From Balanoglossus misakiensis (taxonomy: Eukaryota; Animalia; Hemichordata), in assembly GCA_040954595.2 (NCBI GenBank), contig CM082596.2, positions 7,204,791-7,268,790 of the forward strand: a stretch of 64,000 bases of DNA, read 5' to 3'. This document shows, in pieces, positions 15,407 to 49,890 of this stretch (position 1 is its first letter; each line of letters starts with the position of its first letter). The notes under the pieces were generated by a model. The model did no database searches and was not told the origin of the DNA. It worked only from the letters and a program-made list of their open reading frames with translations. The position numbers and the translations under genes are program-made.

Positions 15407-18400
15407 ATGGACGCCCTCCAGGCCTACGTAAGTTCGGGCTCCGACAGCGAGTCGGAAAATGCGGTCGAACACAGAAGTAGCACATCGAAAGCCAGAAGTG
15501 GGTCATCCCAGTTTGGTGACGCTGTAGCGGACGTTAGAGGTAACACGACCGGGCTTTATGTTGACTATTCGCAGCGGGAAAATTCAGGAGGACATTGGTT
15601 CGGTAAAGGTCGACCCAATTTCCGGGAAAGTCGCCCTGAACTTGTAAACAGGGAGGGCTATCATCACCACCACCACCACCAGCAGCCAATGCAAAGGGAT
15701 GGGCCCAGGTGGGTTCACCCGCAGGTCAATGAGTTCGCGCACTATCCCCGGAACCCTCCCGACGGAGGCGGTGTTGAGTTTGACGCCGGGGCAGCGTATG
15801 GCTTTCAGTCGTACACCCCAGGGAATCACCACGAGCAACACCAGGTTCCCAGCCGGAAACGTAGCCGGTGGGATTCTCACGAAGACACGGCTACCACTAC
15901 CAGTGGCTTCAATGGACGTCAGTCTGTGGAGACGCCATCAAATGTGAAACTCCCATCCAGCCTTGACCCGGGAAACCGCCCACCTAGTAACTTTGTTCTC
16001 CAACCGTACATTGCCAAGAGAGACAGGCAGCAAAGTGACCAGCAAATCCTCCATCATGGGAATGTCCATACGTCACCTGGTGACAAATCATTTTGGACAG
16101 AAAATGGGAGCAATGCAAACTTTGATAAGCAAAATCTCCCTACAGATGCAAACAGACATTTCCACCAGAGCGCAAAGCCGAGAACGTTTCTAGCTCCCCC
16201 GATGCCGGTGGTGTCGGCTTTAACCGAAGGCGTGACGGACAGACTCCCGCACAAGTGGGTGCTGAGCTTCGACGAGCACTCGGCCGCCGTCAACCGCCTG
16301 AGCTGGAACGTTGAGCAGTACAGCCACCTGCTCGCGTCGGCGTCCATGGACAAGAGTGTGAGGATATGGGATGCGGTGGTCGCCAAGAGGTGTGTTCAGA
16401 CGTTGCAGCATCATCAGTCGGGGATCAAAGACGTGCAGTGGAGTCGCGGCGGCGATAATTTGCTCAGTTGTGGATTTGACAAAACGGCCAGATTCTGTCA
16501 TGCCGAAACTGGTAATTGACACCATTGTTTTGCAGTCTAAGATCCCTTCATAAATAAGTGTTTGCCGTGATGAAAAAAAAATACTTGATTTTTCATGAAT
16601 GAACCACACACTCACAAACACACGCTCACAGGCATGTGCATTCATACACGTCACCAGTATTATTGTCAATGATGTGTAGCTCAGCTGTGTCTGGACATGG
16701 TCATCATTGACTATGCTGTACTGGTTATGATATCTTTCAAGGGTGGATGTTGTCTAGGTGCAATAATTGTAGCCTTGGCGGGCTGCGATGTGCGCATTGG
16801 GGTAGGCTTGGATGTGCGGCTATGGGTGGGCTTCTGTCATGCGGGATACCCTACCATAGTGCTATCAGCACAACCCATCCCATCCCAAGCTGGCCTGCAC
16901 GACCCAGTCCACCAAGGCTACAATTATTGCAATGAGGTGTCATCCATTCCTGTCTGCATCTGCTGTTTTATGTCCCATGTGACACAGATGTAGCATGTGA
17001 AAGTAGGCCTGTGCAAAGACTAACTGCTACAATGTACAAAAAAATGTACATCATGGCTAACAATGCACCCTATCTTATCACAATTCCTATTTATTTTGAC
17101 ATAATATGTATAATATAACATACATGTTGTATAGTAAATTTTTTCTATACATGTATATGGATATGTACCCAACCTGATGTGGATAAGTAAAGTTATCATA
17201 TTTTTGATTGCAGGTCAAGAAGTGCAGTGTTTTCAGCACCCAACCTATGTAACATGTGTCAGATTTCATCCAGAGCAGCCTAATGTCTTCCTCAGTGGCA
17301 CCTACGACTCGGCTATTCTCTGCTGGGATATAAGAACAAATTCGGTAACTTTCCTTTTGATAATTGTATATCCTTGTTACTGATCCATGCCCAATATAAT
17401 TTGTCACCTTCTGCCAAAAAGTCATTCCAATGGTCACTGATATTTGCTTGTCTGAACCAGTTCCATCTAAAGTTGGTAAAACAGCAAATGACTGCTGTTT
17501 GCATGTGTGCATCAGTTTGTTTTTCCTTTGTGTGAGATTCAAGGATGCGGATTTCATTTTATAGTTCTTGGAGCCTGACAGACTGACTTGTTACATGTGA
17601 CAGTGGTTCACAACATACCAGTATAGCTGCCAAGTTGCCATTTTGTCTTTTTAATTGTACGCTTAGTCAAATTTAATTAGAAAGATTTATTGAATTGTTT
17701 CTCATACTTTGTTAGTACAGGGATGAAACACTGTGACATGAGTATGAACCCAGGTTTGTTTTTGTCTGAAAATTGTTTATGCCAGACCCACATTTCAATG
17801 CTGGGGCAAACACTGGAGTATTTGTATGGTGTTTTCTGCATAATATTTATCCTCATATAGAGTGACAAAATCAACACTGTGTGATTTCAGGTCGTCAAGG
17901 AATACAGAGGCCAGTTCGGCCAAGTGCTGGACCTGCTGATGTTGGGTGACGGTTCTGAGTTTATCTCCTCCACTGACATCGTTTCCAGGGACTCGTCGGA
18001 CAGGACCCTCATTGCGTGGGACTTCAGAACGGCAGCCGTCCTGTCCAATCAGATCTACCATGTGAGTAGTTCATCGCATGATCATTTGCATAAACAAGGC
18101 TGTCGCAGAAACAAAGTGGTGAGGGCTATTAACCCTAATGCTACTGGGTGTCATACCTGTTTAGAGTGTCAAGTCCCTTAAAATACGTATTTGCCACTTT
18201 TTCTTCTAAAACGTATTTTGACTGTCTTTACTTGGCTCTCATACGTACTTCAACCATAGACAGAACACACTTGGCAGTTTGAACCCCCTGTAAAATGTAC
18301 CAAATCGTACTGGTTTGCACTGGTTTGGTTTGAGGGTCTTGTGTAGGCCCTACTCAGTACTGAGTAACACACACTTGGCAGCCTAACGGGCCTAGGAGCC

Positions 18401-19919
18401 AGGATTCTAGGCACCCTGGAAATCAAACCAGTTTCAACTGACTTGGCAGCGTTAGGGTTAAAATGCCACTTGAGACCATGAGCTGTGAATGACCTACAAC
18501 AAAGTAATCAGACCCTTCCCCATAAATCATTGCTGGATGCTTTTGACGCAGAAACTGCAATGTCCTCCCCAGAGCATCAGCCAATACTCCCAGAAGGGGA
18601 TTGACAATAATAGAAACTCATTATCAAAATAATCAGTTGCATTGTTACGCACATTGCATTTCTGACACTTAACAGTACGTCCATGTCAGTTCAATAAGTG
18701 GGCGTGGGCTGTTTGGCCTGGGGATCACTTTGGAGTGAAAGTCGAACTGAGGATTGATGATCCACTGTTTATGAAAATTATTGTCAAGGGATTCCTTTGT
18801 TTGGCATGCCCCCACCCCATTTGTTGTTTTTGTAGTGATACTAGAATACATCACTCTGACAGCGGGAGCGATCTGCTGGTGTTATGATTTCGGGAAACTC
18901 TCTTTACTTACAATATCCCTGAGATATCCCTGTTGTTTTCTTGACAGGAGAAATACACGTGTCCAAGTCTGAAGTCACACCCGAAGGAGAATGTGTTCAT
19001 TGCACAGACCAACGGCGACTACCTGGCGTACTTCTCAACGGTCAGACCGTACCAGATGGTGAAAAAGAAGCGATGTGCAGGCCACAGTGTGAGTGCAAAA
19101 ATAAATCAGTTAATTTTTTGCCAGCTTTAGTGTTAGGTGTGTAGAGCTTGTGTGTAGAAAAGAAATTCACTTCTTCCGAGTCTCAAAACTTGATGTACAC
19201 ATACTACTAATATGTTCTGGTACTGGCCTAGATTATACTGGTATTGGTAGTTCTAGTTGTACTTTATTTTACCTTACTGTAGAGACACTGTCAGGAAAGT
19301 AAAATCAATTGAACTTGAAGTTTATAAAGCCTGGACTAATCTTCACTATAATGTCTCTGTTATTTCAAATAAACAGAACACCTGCAGTCTGTTATCGCAT
19401 CTCGTGAATATATAACACCAATAGGATTCCTGTCCCCATTGCCCTATCAGGTGTATGTGGCAGGTATAAACATGCATACATGCTTATGCGCAAACAGACC
19501 TCTCAGTAGCTGCCATAAGCTGGAACAATTTAGAGATTGGTTGTTTATTAGTATTTATTTCTTTGACCAATTCTCTAATTTGTGTTGGAGGTGAGAATTA
19601 TACCTTCGCACATGTTACAGATCACCTGATGTTTTTCATGCTTGCAAAAAAAATGCAACCCAATGTTCATCGGCAGTTGTTATCTTTTATTTCTTAGGTC
19701 TCGGGTTACCACATAGGATGCGACGTCTCTCCCCACGGCAGCATGATTGTTTCCGGGAGCGCGGACGGCACCGTGCACTTCTACGATTACATATCGGCGC
19801 GGCGGATCCACGTGATGAACTGTCACCAGGACGCGTGCACCGACGTCGCGATACACCCGGTCTTCTCTGGAATGGTCGCTACGTGCAGCTGGGGTGGCAG
19901 TATTTCGCTTTGGCAGTAA
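15407..19919 (+). CDS. WDR25: WD repeat-containing protein 25; exons 15407-16511, 17214-17344, 17891-18061, 18948-19088, 19698-19919
   Basis: N-terminus [15 protein letters not shown], long low-complexity region, then WD40 repeats ([16 protein letters not shown]; LLSCGFDK; [35 protein letters not shown]; [11 protein letters not shown]; [15 protein letters not shown]). These motifs are typical of WDR25; GT-AG phases match. Confidence 0.92.
18129..18461. mobile_element. piggyBac-like MITE, family B (in WDR25 intron 3)
   Basis: TTAA-CCCTAATGCT...GCAGCGTTAGGG-TTAA; first ~130 bp recur at ~51565-51695. Confidence 0.75.
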
Positions 19920-19941
19920 CGGTTGAACTTTGACCCCTGAG

Positions 19942-20103
19942 TACAACCTTTTAATAAGTCGAGCACCCTCGTGAATTTGAACTCAAAGCGTGGTCAACAG
20001 GGAAAGGTGACCAATCACGTCAAGGGGATTTCGCACTTGACCTCGCTGTGAGTTCAAATTCATAAAGGCTGCATAAGGGCGGTCGACTTATCAAAAGGGT
20101 GTA
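19942..20103. mobile_element. TA-flanked palindromic MITE just after the WDR25 stop
   Basis: TACAACCTTTTAATAAGTCGA...TCGACTTATCAAAAGGGTGTA, plus inner inverted arms tgaatttgaactca / tgagttcaaattca. Confidence 0.7.
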
Positions 20104-20177
20104 TTTCCTCTATAGAGGTCCAGGTTTACCGTAGAAAACAATGGATTTGGACCACACCATGGTGGTGAAAGGGTTAA
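20104..20177. mobile_element. piggyBac-like MITE family A, truncated, reverse orientation
   Basis: ...gatttggaccacaccatggtggtgaaagggTTAA matches the family A terminus. Confidence 0.7.
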
Positions 20178-20211
20178 CACAGGACAGATCCTGCTGTAGC
20201 CCCAGAGTGTG

Positions 20212-20598
20212 TAGTCTAGAATCTATCCGTTCGTAGTCGCATTCACCCTACTACCGTCTAGGAACGCAGAACCAAAATCTAGTAAGGCCATAAAAATGGT
20301 AATTTGAATGTGAATAGTCTCCAACTGAGCAATCTGACGTCAAGCGTCACCACGTGATCATGATTATGTATCATTCGGGGCGGAGCTACATTGTAAACAT
20401 AATTAACATTCAACGTCATCACCTCACGGCCAATCAGTAGTCGGTCAACGTAAGTGATTGACTTCTCTGACGTCAGACTGCTCAGTTGGAGACTATTCAC
20501 ATTCAAATTACCATTTTTATGGCCTTACTAGATTTTGGTTCTGCGTTCCTAGACAGTAGTAGGGTGAATGCGACTACGAACGGATAGATTCTAGACTA
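20212..20598. mobile_element. Foldback / Mutator-like MITE with ~131-bp TIRs and a 9-bp TSD
   Basis: CAGAGTGTG duplicated at 20203-20211 and 20599-20607; arms 20212-20342 and 20468-20598 are reverse complements with 2 mismatches seen. Confidence 0.9.
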
Positions 20599-21189
20599 CA
20601 GAGTGTGCAACAGGAACAGTAGATGCAGTTTTGTGTGTGTTACTGTTTTTTGTGCGTGCCTCGAGACCAGTGACTCAGAAATGCCTGAAATTATTATATT
20701 CCAAATTTTGGATAAAGGACATTATAACTGACATATGCACATCAATTATTTTGCCATGCGTTTCAGTATGGCTTACTAAGTGGGCAGCTGTTAGCTCTTA
20801 TGGTAAACTTTTTCATAGTATCAGGTTGGATTTTAACCGTTTTTTTCATTCAGTGGACAATTTTCTGTAAGAAAAATATATTTCTAGATATTTTTACTCA
20901 GACCCAGTATTTGGTATTGTACTTGTCTTAATGTATCGCAGCCAAGCTGTATTCAGTGGTTAGAACTTGTTGTGTTTTCAAGAGCAACCCATCCCTCCAA
21001 ATGTCACCAGAAGATGTGTCAAATTCCATGAAAGACGACTAGCAAATGTTGAAGCCCTGTATTGGCCCAGTCCAGAATAGCCTATGATTTTAGGTTCTGC
21101 AAATACGATGTCCAATCATGCCTGGCCTTGTGTGTTTGATATTTCAAAATGGAGTGTACCATGATAGCCATGGTGGGTCTCATATTACA

Positions 21190-21282
21190 TTAACCCTTTC
21201 ACCACCATGGTTTGGTCCAAGTCCTCTGTCCTCTATGATAAAGTTGGACCTCTACACTGGAAAATGGGGATGAAAGGGTTAA
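21190..21282. mobile_element. piggyBac-like MITE family A
   Basis: TTAACCCTTTCACCACCATGGTTTGGTCCAA...TGAAAGGGTTAA. Confidence 0.8.
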
Positions 21283-23504
21283 GAATACTATGGGACGCCA
21301 CTTGATTGTAAGTAGTGTAAATGTATGTCTATTCTTTTACAGATCACCGTCTGTGGTTGACTTCAAAGGGGTGTCACTACATAGTTCCCCATGGGTGACT
21401 TTGACCTTCCAGTTTAAAAAAAAATACTGGCTAAAGATCGTTTGTAGAATTTTACGAAGAGTATCTTAGCATAGACTCTCAAAATGTTTAGCAGTTTGAT
21501 ATTTTCATTTTTTTTTTAAATCCAGACTTAAATGGTGAAATAAGTATTAATTTTAAGTCGCTAATTATATATTTTTTGAAGTGTACAGTATGTATTTAAA
21601 GGAACACAGTCAACGTCGTTTGATATCATTTTGGTAATTTTGGATTTACGTGATAATTTATTGTTATTAAACCTGTACTCTAGTAGTTGTTCTGCTTTAC
21701 TTGAAAGTTTACATATTGGGATGCATACATTTACTGATGTTCATAGTTTTGAGAAAAAAAAATTATTAGGAGAGCTAGCGAGAGTATGGGATACGACACT
21801 TTGATGACATCATTTATGATACACTCCAAAAATTATGTCATCATTTATGGTGCACACCCAAAAATGATGTCATTGATGACATTTACGGTACTCACCAGAA
21901 ATTATATCATTGATGGCATCATTTATGGCTCCATGCAAGATGTGTGTGTACAAGAAACCAGTCAACTCTTTGCCTGTTGCAAGAAATACAAAGTGTCTTT
22001 CAAACAGCAACAATGTTTCGAAACTTCAAGTTGAAATGTTTACCCCTAGTAAAAATATTGTATTATTTGACCATTGCCTGACATGATAAAAATTGCTTGC
22101 ACCACAATGACATCATCTGGTCAGTGGTTCGATCATGCGGTTATGAAGTCATGACGAATTTCACACTCAAAATAAACTATGCTTTTACTTTCTGTATCAT
22201 AGCATTGTGTTTATTGTATCATCGTATTTTAGTGTTTTATATTGTGCGCCAGGGATTATGCATGCAAAATTTGTTGTAGATACACTCAGCTCTGTACAGC
22301 CACTTTGATGAAAACAATATCTAGTTAAAGACTTGTCATTTCGAACCCCACCTTTCCCTGTTATGAGATATGAATGATAATAAATAGAATCATATTTTCC
22401 AAAAAAATGTTTTTGTGTGTTTTTCTTCACCTTTGGATAGTGTTTTATAAGGCACTGTCTTGCTAAGAGAAAGATATTAATAGAAGGGGTAAGCACTTTT
22501 CCTTAAAAGAAGTTAATGCAATGTTGGTCTTATGAAATGGAATTTGTCCATGGAATCAAAACTAAGAATTTATAATCCAATAAGGAGCCCCGTGTCAACA
22601 CTGAATATGATGCAAAAATTAACCTATGCCTTTAATATTAGATGGTATTACATAACCGATGGGTAATACCAATATTACTGCTGTTTATAAGAAGAAGGTT
22701 CATTTTGCACAGAAGCGTGGCTTGAAGTGTCCACAGCACGGCCATTGTGTGAAAAATGAACCTGGTGTGCATTTTGAAGGGAAATGCTGCTGCCTACGCC
22801 AAATGAACATAAGAAAGATTTGATAGAAGTGAAACTGTACTATGAGCCTGTAGATATGCCACTACTTGAAGTGTTTAATGAAAAATGATGCTGTGCTTTC
22901 AAGTCTGGGGTAGATTTGGACAGAATTAGGTTAAACAAAAATTGAGAATAGGTCAACATTTTCATCATACACGAGAATTTCCACAATTCCGGAACTATAC
23001 TTGCATGAAATCAGGTAATTCTGTTATAGGAACTTACAAAATAGTTTATGTCCCCATATCTTTGTACTCTGTGGTAGTAAAATATTATATGCCGCACTAT
23101 ATACAACTCAACCTCCTCTATCTAAATGCAAAGCCATTTTATCATGCAAATAAGCACAGGACTTTGAAATACTTTCCATGCTTATATATTCGCGAACAAA
23201 AATAGAAATGTAATTTTCTCACATATCGTAATACCAAAAATTAAAGCTGAAACGTTGGTAAAGGTGGAAAAACTTCAGCTATGTTTTCAGTGTTTAGCCG
23301 GCCTTGAGCCACTTTTAGATTCCTTTTTCACAAGGCAAAAATTTTACCAATGGTTATCATATCAATTTGTTACAGTCGTCTCTTGTCGTAAAATGAAGAT
23401 AAGGTGAGTTTTTTTGGTCAAACTAAATTGCTGTTTGAAATTTATGGTGAAATCACAGTTGTATGAACATGATGAAGGGAGCTTGTGTGGTGACTTTGGG
23501 GAAG

Positions 23505-23645
23505 GATGACGTCATGGTGTGCGACACCCAATCAGAGGACTCCATTGATCTCCAGGGAAGGGAGCCAGAGCGAGAGAGCGATTTGCACACGTCACGCTAA
23601 TAGCCTCTCTTCTGGCGTATAGAAGAACTGTCGGCCATTTTGTTT
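23505..23645 (+). promoter_or_regulatory. Putative MARK core promoter
   Basis: TGACGTCA (CRE, ~23507), CCAATCAG (~23528) and YY1-like CGGCCATTTT (~23631), 400-530 bp upstream of the ATG, where CpG density rises. Confidence 0.55.
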
Positions 23646-24036
23646 TGAATTTCGAGGAATATATTTTAGTATGATTTTTACCTTGAATTGTGGGCAATCT
23701 TCGCGACCACCACCTCTACAAGCTAGGTAGAATCGCGTCACTGGTTCCAGCGGAGGTCCCTGCCCACCAGATCGAGCTCTGCGCGTCTCCGAGGGCTTCT
23801 CTCAGAGGTTAATATTGGAGAACGGGGCCCGTACAGAGACAGACACACAGGATACGTATTTCAAGCGGGTTTCGGCGACTGTCAGCTCTGCCGAATTCCG
23901 TTCGCTGATTGCTGAAAGGATTATACAGCTGAGAATCGTTATGTGGAAATATTTACAGATATCACCGATAGCTTGTGACTGCTCGTAGGGAGTTATAACG
24001 GTACTCGTCCTGAAATCCATTCATATCCGATCCAAC

Positions 24037-44707
<20,671 letters not shown>

Positions 44708-47700
44708 ACACCTTTATATATAAGTTATGTATGTACGTACGGCGCCGTGAAAGAAGGGTCATATTTTCCCCCCAGGTGTTACACTGACAGGGACAGTGGA
44801 CAATTGGGTTCAGCTTGCAATAACTTACAAACATAATAGGCCTTGGACTTGATATTACATGTCAAGCTTGTAGAATTTTTAACCCTTCGACGATGATAAA
44901 AAAAAAATACTCACTCGGACTCCACGCCATGTCGCAACGTTGTGCCATTATGGGCGTGGCTCGCATCTCACTGCTATTTATTTTACGATGTGACATGACC
45001 AGACCGTTTACAGAGGATACTATTGCAGTCGATGAAAAACAGTTGCCTGAACTAGTTTGTACAGACCCACAGGTATCTATCTATCTACACAATGAGATGT
45101 TGGACCAAAAAATACTTGCGTATTGTACTCTGTATGATGTATAACTAATTAATTGTTGGTTTATGCAAGACTAGTTAAAAAAAATTTGGGGGAAGAAAAA
45201 AAAGGTATGTTTGTTACTTTGTGCTGATTAATAAAGATTTCTTGGAAAAAATGAACACGGACTGCGTTTGGTTTCGTTCACTCTTGCTGCGGTATTCGGT
45301 CGATTTTTTGTGGCCCAGAGCTGGAAGTGAGTTGTTGGCCGTGATGTGAAGCCAACTTGGATAGCATACAGGTTTCTGGATGCAAGAACAAAGTTTGAGA
45401 AAAAGGGCGTGGGTCTCCATGAATTCATCTGTGCCAATTGATGGGACTGTGTTTCCGTGGTAATCAGGCCTCAATTTGGTTATATCACGTGAATTTTGTT
45501 AAGTGATTCAGACTCCACTGTTTGACAATCAGGTGTCTAAGCACGGCTATGAATGTCACAAGATTGGGGAAGGTTGTAGGGGGGGGGGTTAAGTCAAGGG
45601 AATAATTCGTTTATGTCGTGGCTTGCTGTCATTGTGTGATTCTGCCATCATTCCGAGTCCCACGGGAGCCCTGAGAATCACACCAGTCCTGTATTTGCTA
45701 TCCCAGTCTTGGCTGGTACACCGCGATTGGTGAGCTTGGCAGTAGGTGAACTTTGAACTCTGCCGAGAGCCGGAGAAATCGCAGGGTTTCTGCCAAACGC
45801 CATCACCATCACTTCCAGCTGGCCTAGAAATACCGGCAAAAGTGACACGAAACCAAAGCAGTTCAGTTCAGGATCGATCTTTATCGCTCAGCGCGAAATT
45901 ACACACTCCCCATTTCTAATCCCCGAGGGCACCCTTAGCCAGATGGTTAAAATCCAAAAACCCAGCTTGCCTGTCTTATTGTCACAGTGTTTCTTTGCTG
46001 ACATCAATATATATAAATATATATATATATAACAAATTTCAAAAGCCTGCAATGAAGATCCAAGAGTGCTCAGGTTGCCATGAATATTCAGTGAATTTTT
46101 TCGTCAGTTTTCTGTACTGACTTGTCCGTAATTTATACTGTAATCAATTATGTGAAATTCTCTTCATCTGAACTTTCATGTGAAAAAAAAACTAATGGAA
46201 TCTAAATAATTAACATAAACTTTTACTAGAAATATGCATACTGTAGTGTCCTTTAATAATTGTGAACCAGAAAGAAAAAGGGTAAGAAAAAATTTATTAA
46301 AACACCTTCACTAATTTAAGTTGTAAGCATAGCAATTTTTATGAAAATTCTGTTGAGTAGCAAATCTCCCCATGAAGTATGCTCTGTACACCTTAGTCCC
46401 CTCCCCCTCCCCCGGACCGTCACTGCGACAGGGTGAGTCCGAGAATGATGACACTTCCTCGTTAGGTACCGTCCGTGCATTCACAGCCATTGCTAGGACA
46501 TGCATAAAAGCAATCTCTTTTCTTTTTTCCTGAGTACAAAGTCGAAACCCTGACTTGTATATGCACACCGGTTGGTTTCGTGATGCAATCCAGTCTGGCT
46601 GTTGGTCGGCCATTTTGGTTTTAGTCTGTGTCCCAGAGCCTTCACTCATAAATGCCCTTACCATTTTTTAGAGGGTATGAGGACAACCACTTCGATTTAC
46701 AAGAGAGTATTGTGATTTGGATTTTGTTTATGTCCTGATCTAATGTGGTTGCCAGTCAGCCATTTTGAGTGTGCTTTTGTAAGCCCATGTCCGTACTTGG
46801 AGAAAATCATAGTATGGACCTGGTTCCCCTTCAAAGTTGGTTTAAAGACAATACACTCCGGATTTGCATATGCATGTCAGTTTGATTTGCAAAACAATCC
46901 ATACGGCCACTTATTGATTAATTTTTGTTATTTTTTCGTGCTTAAAATTAACTGATTTCTTCCAGTGTTGTCACATGGACAGTGCAGCATTGGCACTGTG
47001 ACGTTCGCATTCAAGCAATCAGTTTGCACAGCGATTCAAAATGGCCGACTGTTTATAGCCTCTTTGTTGTTGCAGAACCATAACTCGGACGCACCTGAAC
47101 TGATATTTCTGTCAGTTGTAGTGCAACCTCTGCACTGTGTCACATGAATTCATATTTGTATAGGCCAATCCCCTGTGTGCCATGTTGATTTCATTTTCCT
47201 AGATGGCCAGCGGGGACTGTGTCATTCACAATGACTCATTCGTTTTGGCAAGTGCTGTTTTCTGGGGCAGTCCGAGCACTCAGAAAACTGGCCCCAGAGA
47301 CTGTTCGTAGCAGCTCAAGAAACTTGGCAACGGGAAACCTAGTCGTAGTTTAAATAGGAAAATATTGCCATTTGCATTTTTACAATTGTAAGTACATGAA
47401 CAGAGAGGGTCTTTATTGTGTGCTCATCACATTGTTTTTCATGTACATGACATTACTGTGGTCTTTGAGAAAAACATGGGTATATATCTGCATTTTCTCA
47501 CTCATTTTGTACATAAGTATCTTGAAATGTTTATTTGCTTATTTTTCCCATTTTCTTTTTTTTTTTAACAGCTACCGTAATTGCCTTGTTTGCACTTTAT
47601 CTCAGACGCCTTTGCCCGAACTTTATTTCCTTTTTTTTTTTCATGTGTCATTTTGAATCATTTAGTACTTGTTGATATTTGCCAGGTGTCATCCCACCTT

Positions 47701-48469
47701 TCCCAGTTGCAGTTTACTTTTTCAGGGAAAATTCGAATGTGACACACAGAAAGTGAATTGAGTCAACATTTTTTTTTTTAGTTTTCGTCTTCTATTTTAA
47801 GTTTCCTTGGTGCAAAAGATAAAAAGAGAACACCATTAAAAATTTGCTGAAAATAGAACGTGTTGGTGTGTTGTTGATGTTCGTGTGGAGTTTTGAAGGA
47901 TGTGACGCGTGTGTGTTTGTCTGATTTGCTCATGAAAGAAGTGAACAGTTTATTGAAAGTGGGATTTCACAGATAACATTGTGTCATGCACATACATGTA
48001 CAAACACACATGCACTCTACCCAAACAAGGCATATTACTGCATAGCCCAGGTGTGGAAGGAGAAGATCAGCCATTGGGCTAGCTCCAGTCTGATTGAAAT
48101 CTGATGTACATTTGGCTCGATCTTTTTCCTTTGCCGATCCTGCTGGTTTCTGATATATACGAGGTGAGTGCAGTCCCTCAAGAAAGTGCCAAGTCGATGT
48201 ACATTTCATGAGTAATGCATTTTCAACAACTAACATAAGGGGTTTGACTGACTTGGTGTTTGTCATGTCAGCTGATCGTCTTGTTTGCCTCATCATGTAA
48301 ACACAAAATGATTCATTGCCGGTATCCTAACAAAAATCTGCTTTGTTGGGGGAGGCTTCGTTTTAAAAATGGGGATCGGCCCTACCCGAGAAATAGGTCG
48401 TAGCTGGATAGAATTCGCCACTGTGAAAATTATTGTAAAATCCCCAAACTGACTGATTTTGAGCGGTGC

Positions 48470-48600
48470 ACATCACTGCGAGCTTAGGGGGTCCATGAAT
48501 CAGTGTCAATAAAAATGGCGGAAGCCTTCTGGTGAAGTTCGTTCGAGGTCCGCAGAGACTGAAGTTTCATGACCAGCCGTCGCGGAGTCTGAAAAGTGGG
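48470..48600 (+). promoter_or_regulatory. Putative promoter and non-coding first exon of the BEGAIN/TJAP1-like gene
   Basis: CpG-rich patch with AAAATGGCGGAAG (overlapping YY1 and ETS motifs, ~48512) and a donor tgg|gtaagg at ~48600. Confidence 0.5.
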
Positions 48601-49706
48601 TAAGGCATACACCACGAATGATACACAGTGAATAGTTATTTTGTCGAATGGAAGTGTTCCTTCGGGTTTTTCAGGCCGAAATTTGCGGTGTGCGTGGGGA
48701 GTGGCTAAATGGGAATGAACGAACGGGAGATTATCAATGCGCCCGTCAGGTCAATGCAACTCGAACCGCCGAGCCAAATACTCCACATTCATTACACCCC
48801 CGGGCACTGTCCGTAGGAACATAGCCAAGTCTTTTAGCGCTGTAAACTCCCTGCCCCTTTAATTTCTGTGTCGCCGACCGTCGACGTAATGTCGAGTGAA
48901 TATGCGTTTCGCCATCCAGGCACGTCATTTCGGCTTACATAATAATGCCATTGAATTGAATGAAATGAACATGCGTTTACCGAAGTTAATTACTTAATGG
49001 CCCCTCGGGTAATGGCCCCTTCCAGTTTAAGTTGGCGAGTCCGGACTGACGTTGTACCGTAGAGAGTAGAGACACGTGAAGTTGTGTCAGTTGTCATCCT
49101 CAGATATAAGCCCCAAAAGGATACATTGTAATTAGTTGAGATATAGTGTAATTGTCACCCAATCATCAGTGAGTTGGTTGGTTGGTTGGTTGGTTACAAA
49201 GGTTGCTAGTGTTCGGCCTTTAAACGTTATAAAAAATGTCGATAAATGGTGATGACCTTTGACACAGATTACGATAGCCAACTGATAAAATAATTGATAT
49301 ATTGTCAGATTTGTAATAGATTAAAATCATGGTGTAAAGGCTCCTTAACTTCATACAAGATGGCATGGTCATATTCATGACACTTGTTATTGTAAAATAT
49401 ATGGAGAACATCATTCATTCATTGGCTAGCTCGGGGGTGCATAATGTGGTGTTGTTTTTTTAATTTCCAGCTATTGGCATAGTGGTGTGTATCAGTTTCT
49501 TGTGATTGAAAGGGAGCTTAATCAGAGTTTTCCTGAAACAAGGCAATAATATCTTTGATAATTTACCAGTCCAGTTTTATACCATACCCCGCATTACGGT
49601 CACAAGTTCAACAATGGAAGGTCATACGAGTCTCGCAAGCTACGAAAAATGTGTGGTAAGTTCATATATTTCTTATAGTCATATATATTCTCTATTGGTG
49701 GGTCAG

Positions 49707-49799
49707 TTAACCCTTTCACCCCCAGTTCCCTCTTTAGAGGTCCAACTTCATCATAGAATACAATGGGTTTGGACTGAACCATGGTGGTGAAAGGGTTAA
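49707..49799. mobile_element. piggyBac-like MITE family A, reverse orientation
   Basis: TTAACCCTTTCACCCCCAGTTCCC...CCATGGTGGTGAAAGGGTTAA. Confidence 0.8.
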
Positions 49800-49890
49800 A
49801 TGTCTTGCAGAGGAAATTACCCTGTGGAAGATGTTCTGATCTCATAGCCGGGGAGTGCGGTTTTGCTTTGATTACTTACAATAACAGATA

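Noticed and set aside
21596-22505. Possible ~900-bp TTAA-flanked element between WDR25 and MARK
   Set aside because: Terminal match (ttaaaggaa / ttccttaa) is too short, and there is no second copy or ORF in the window.
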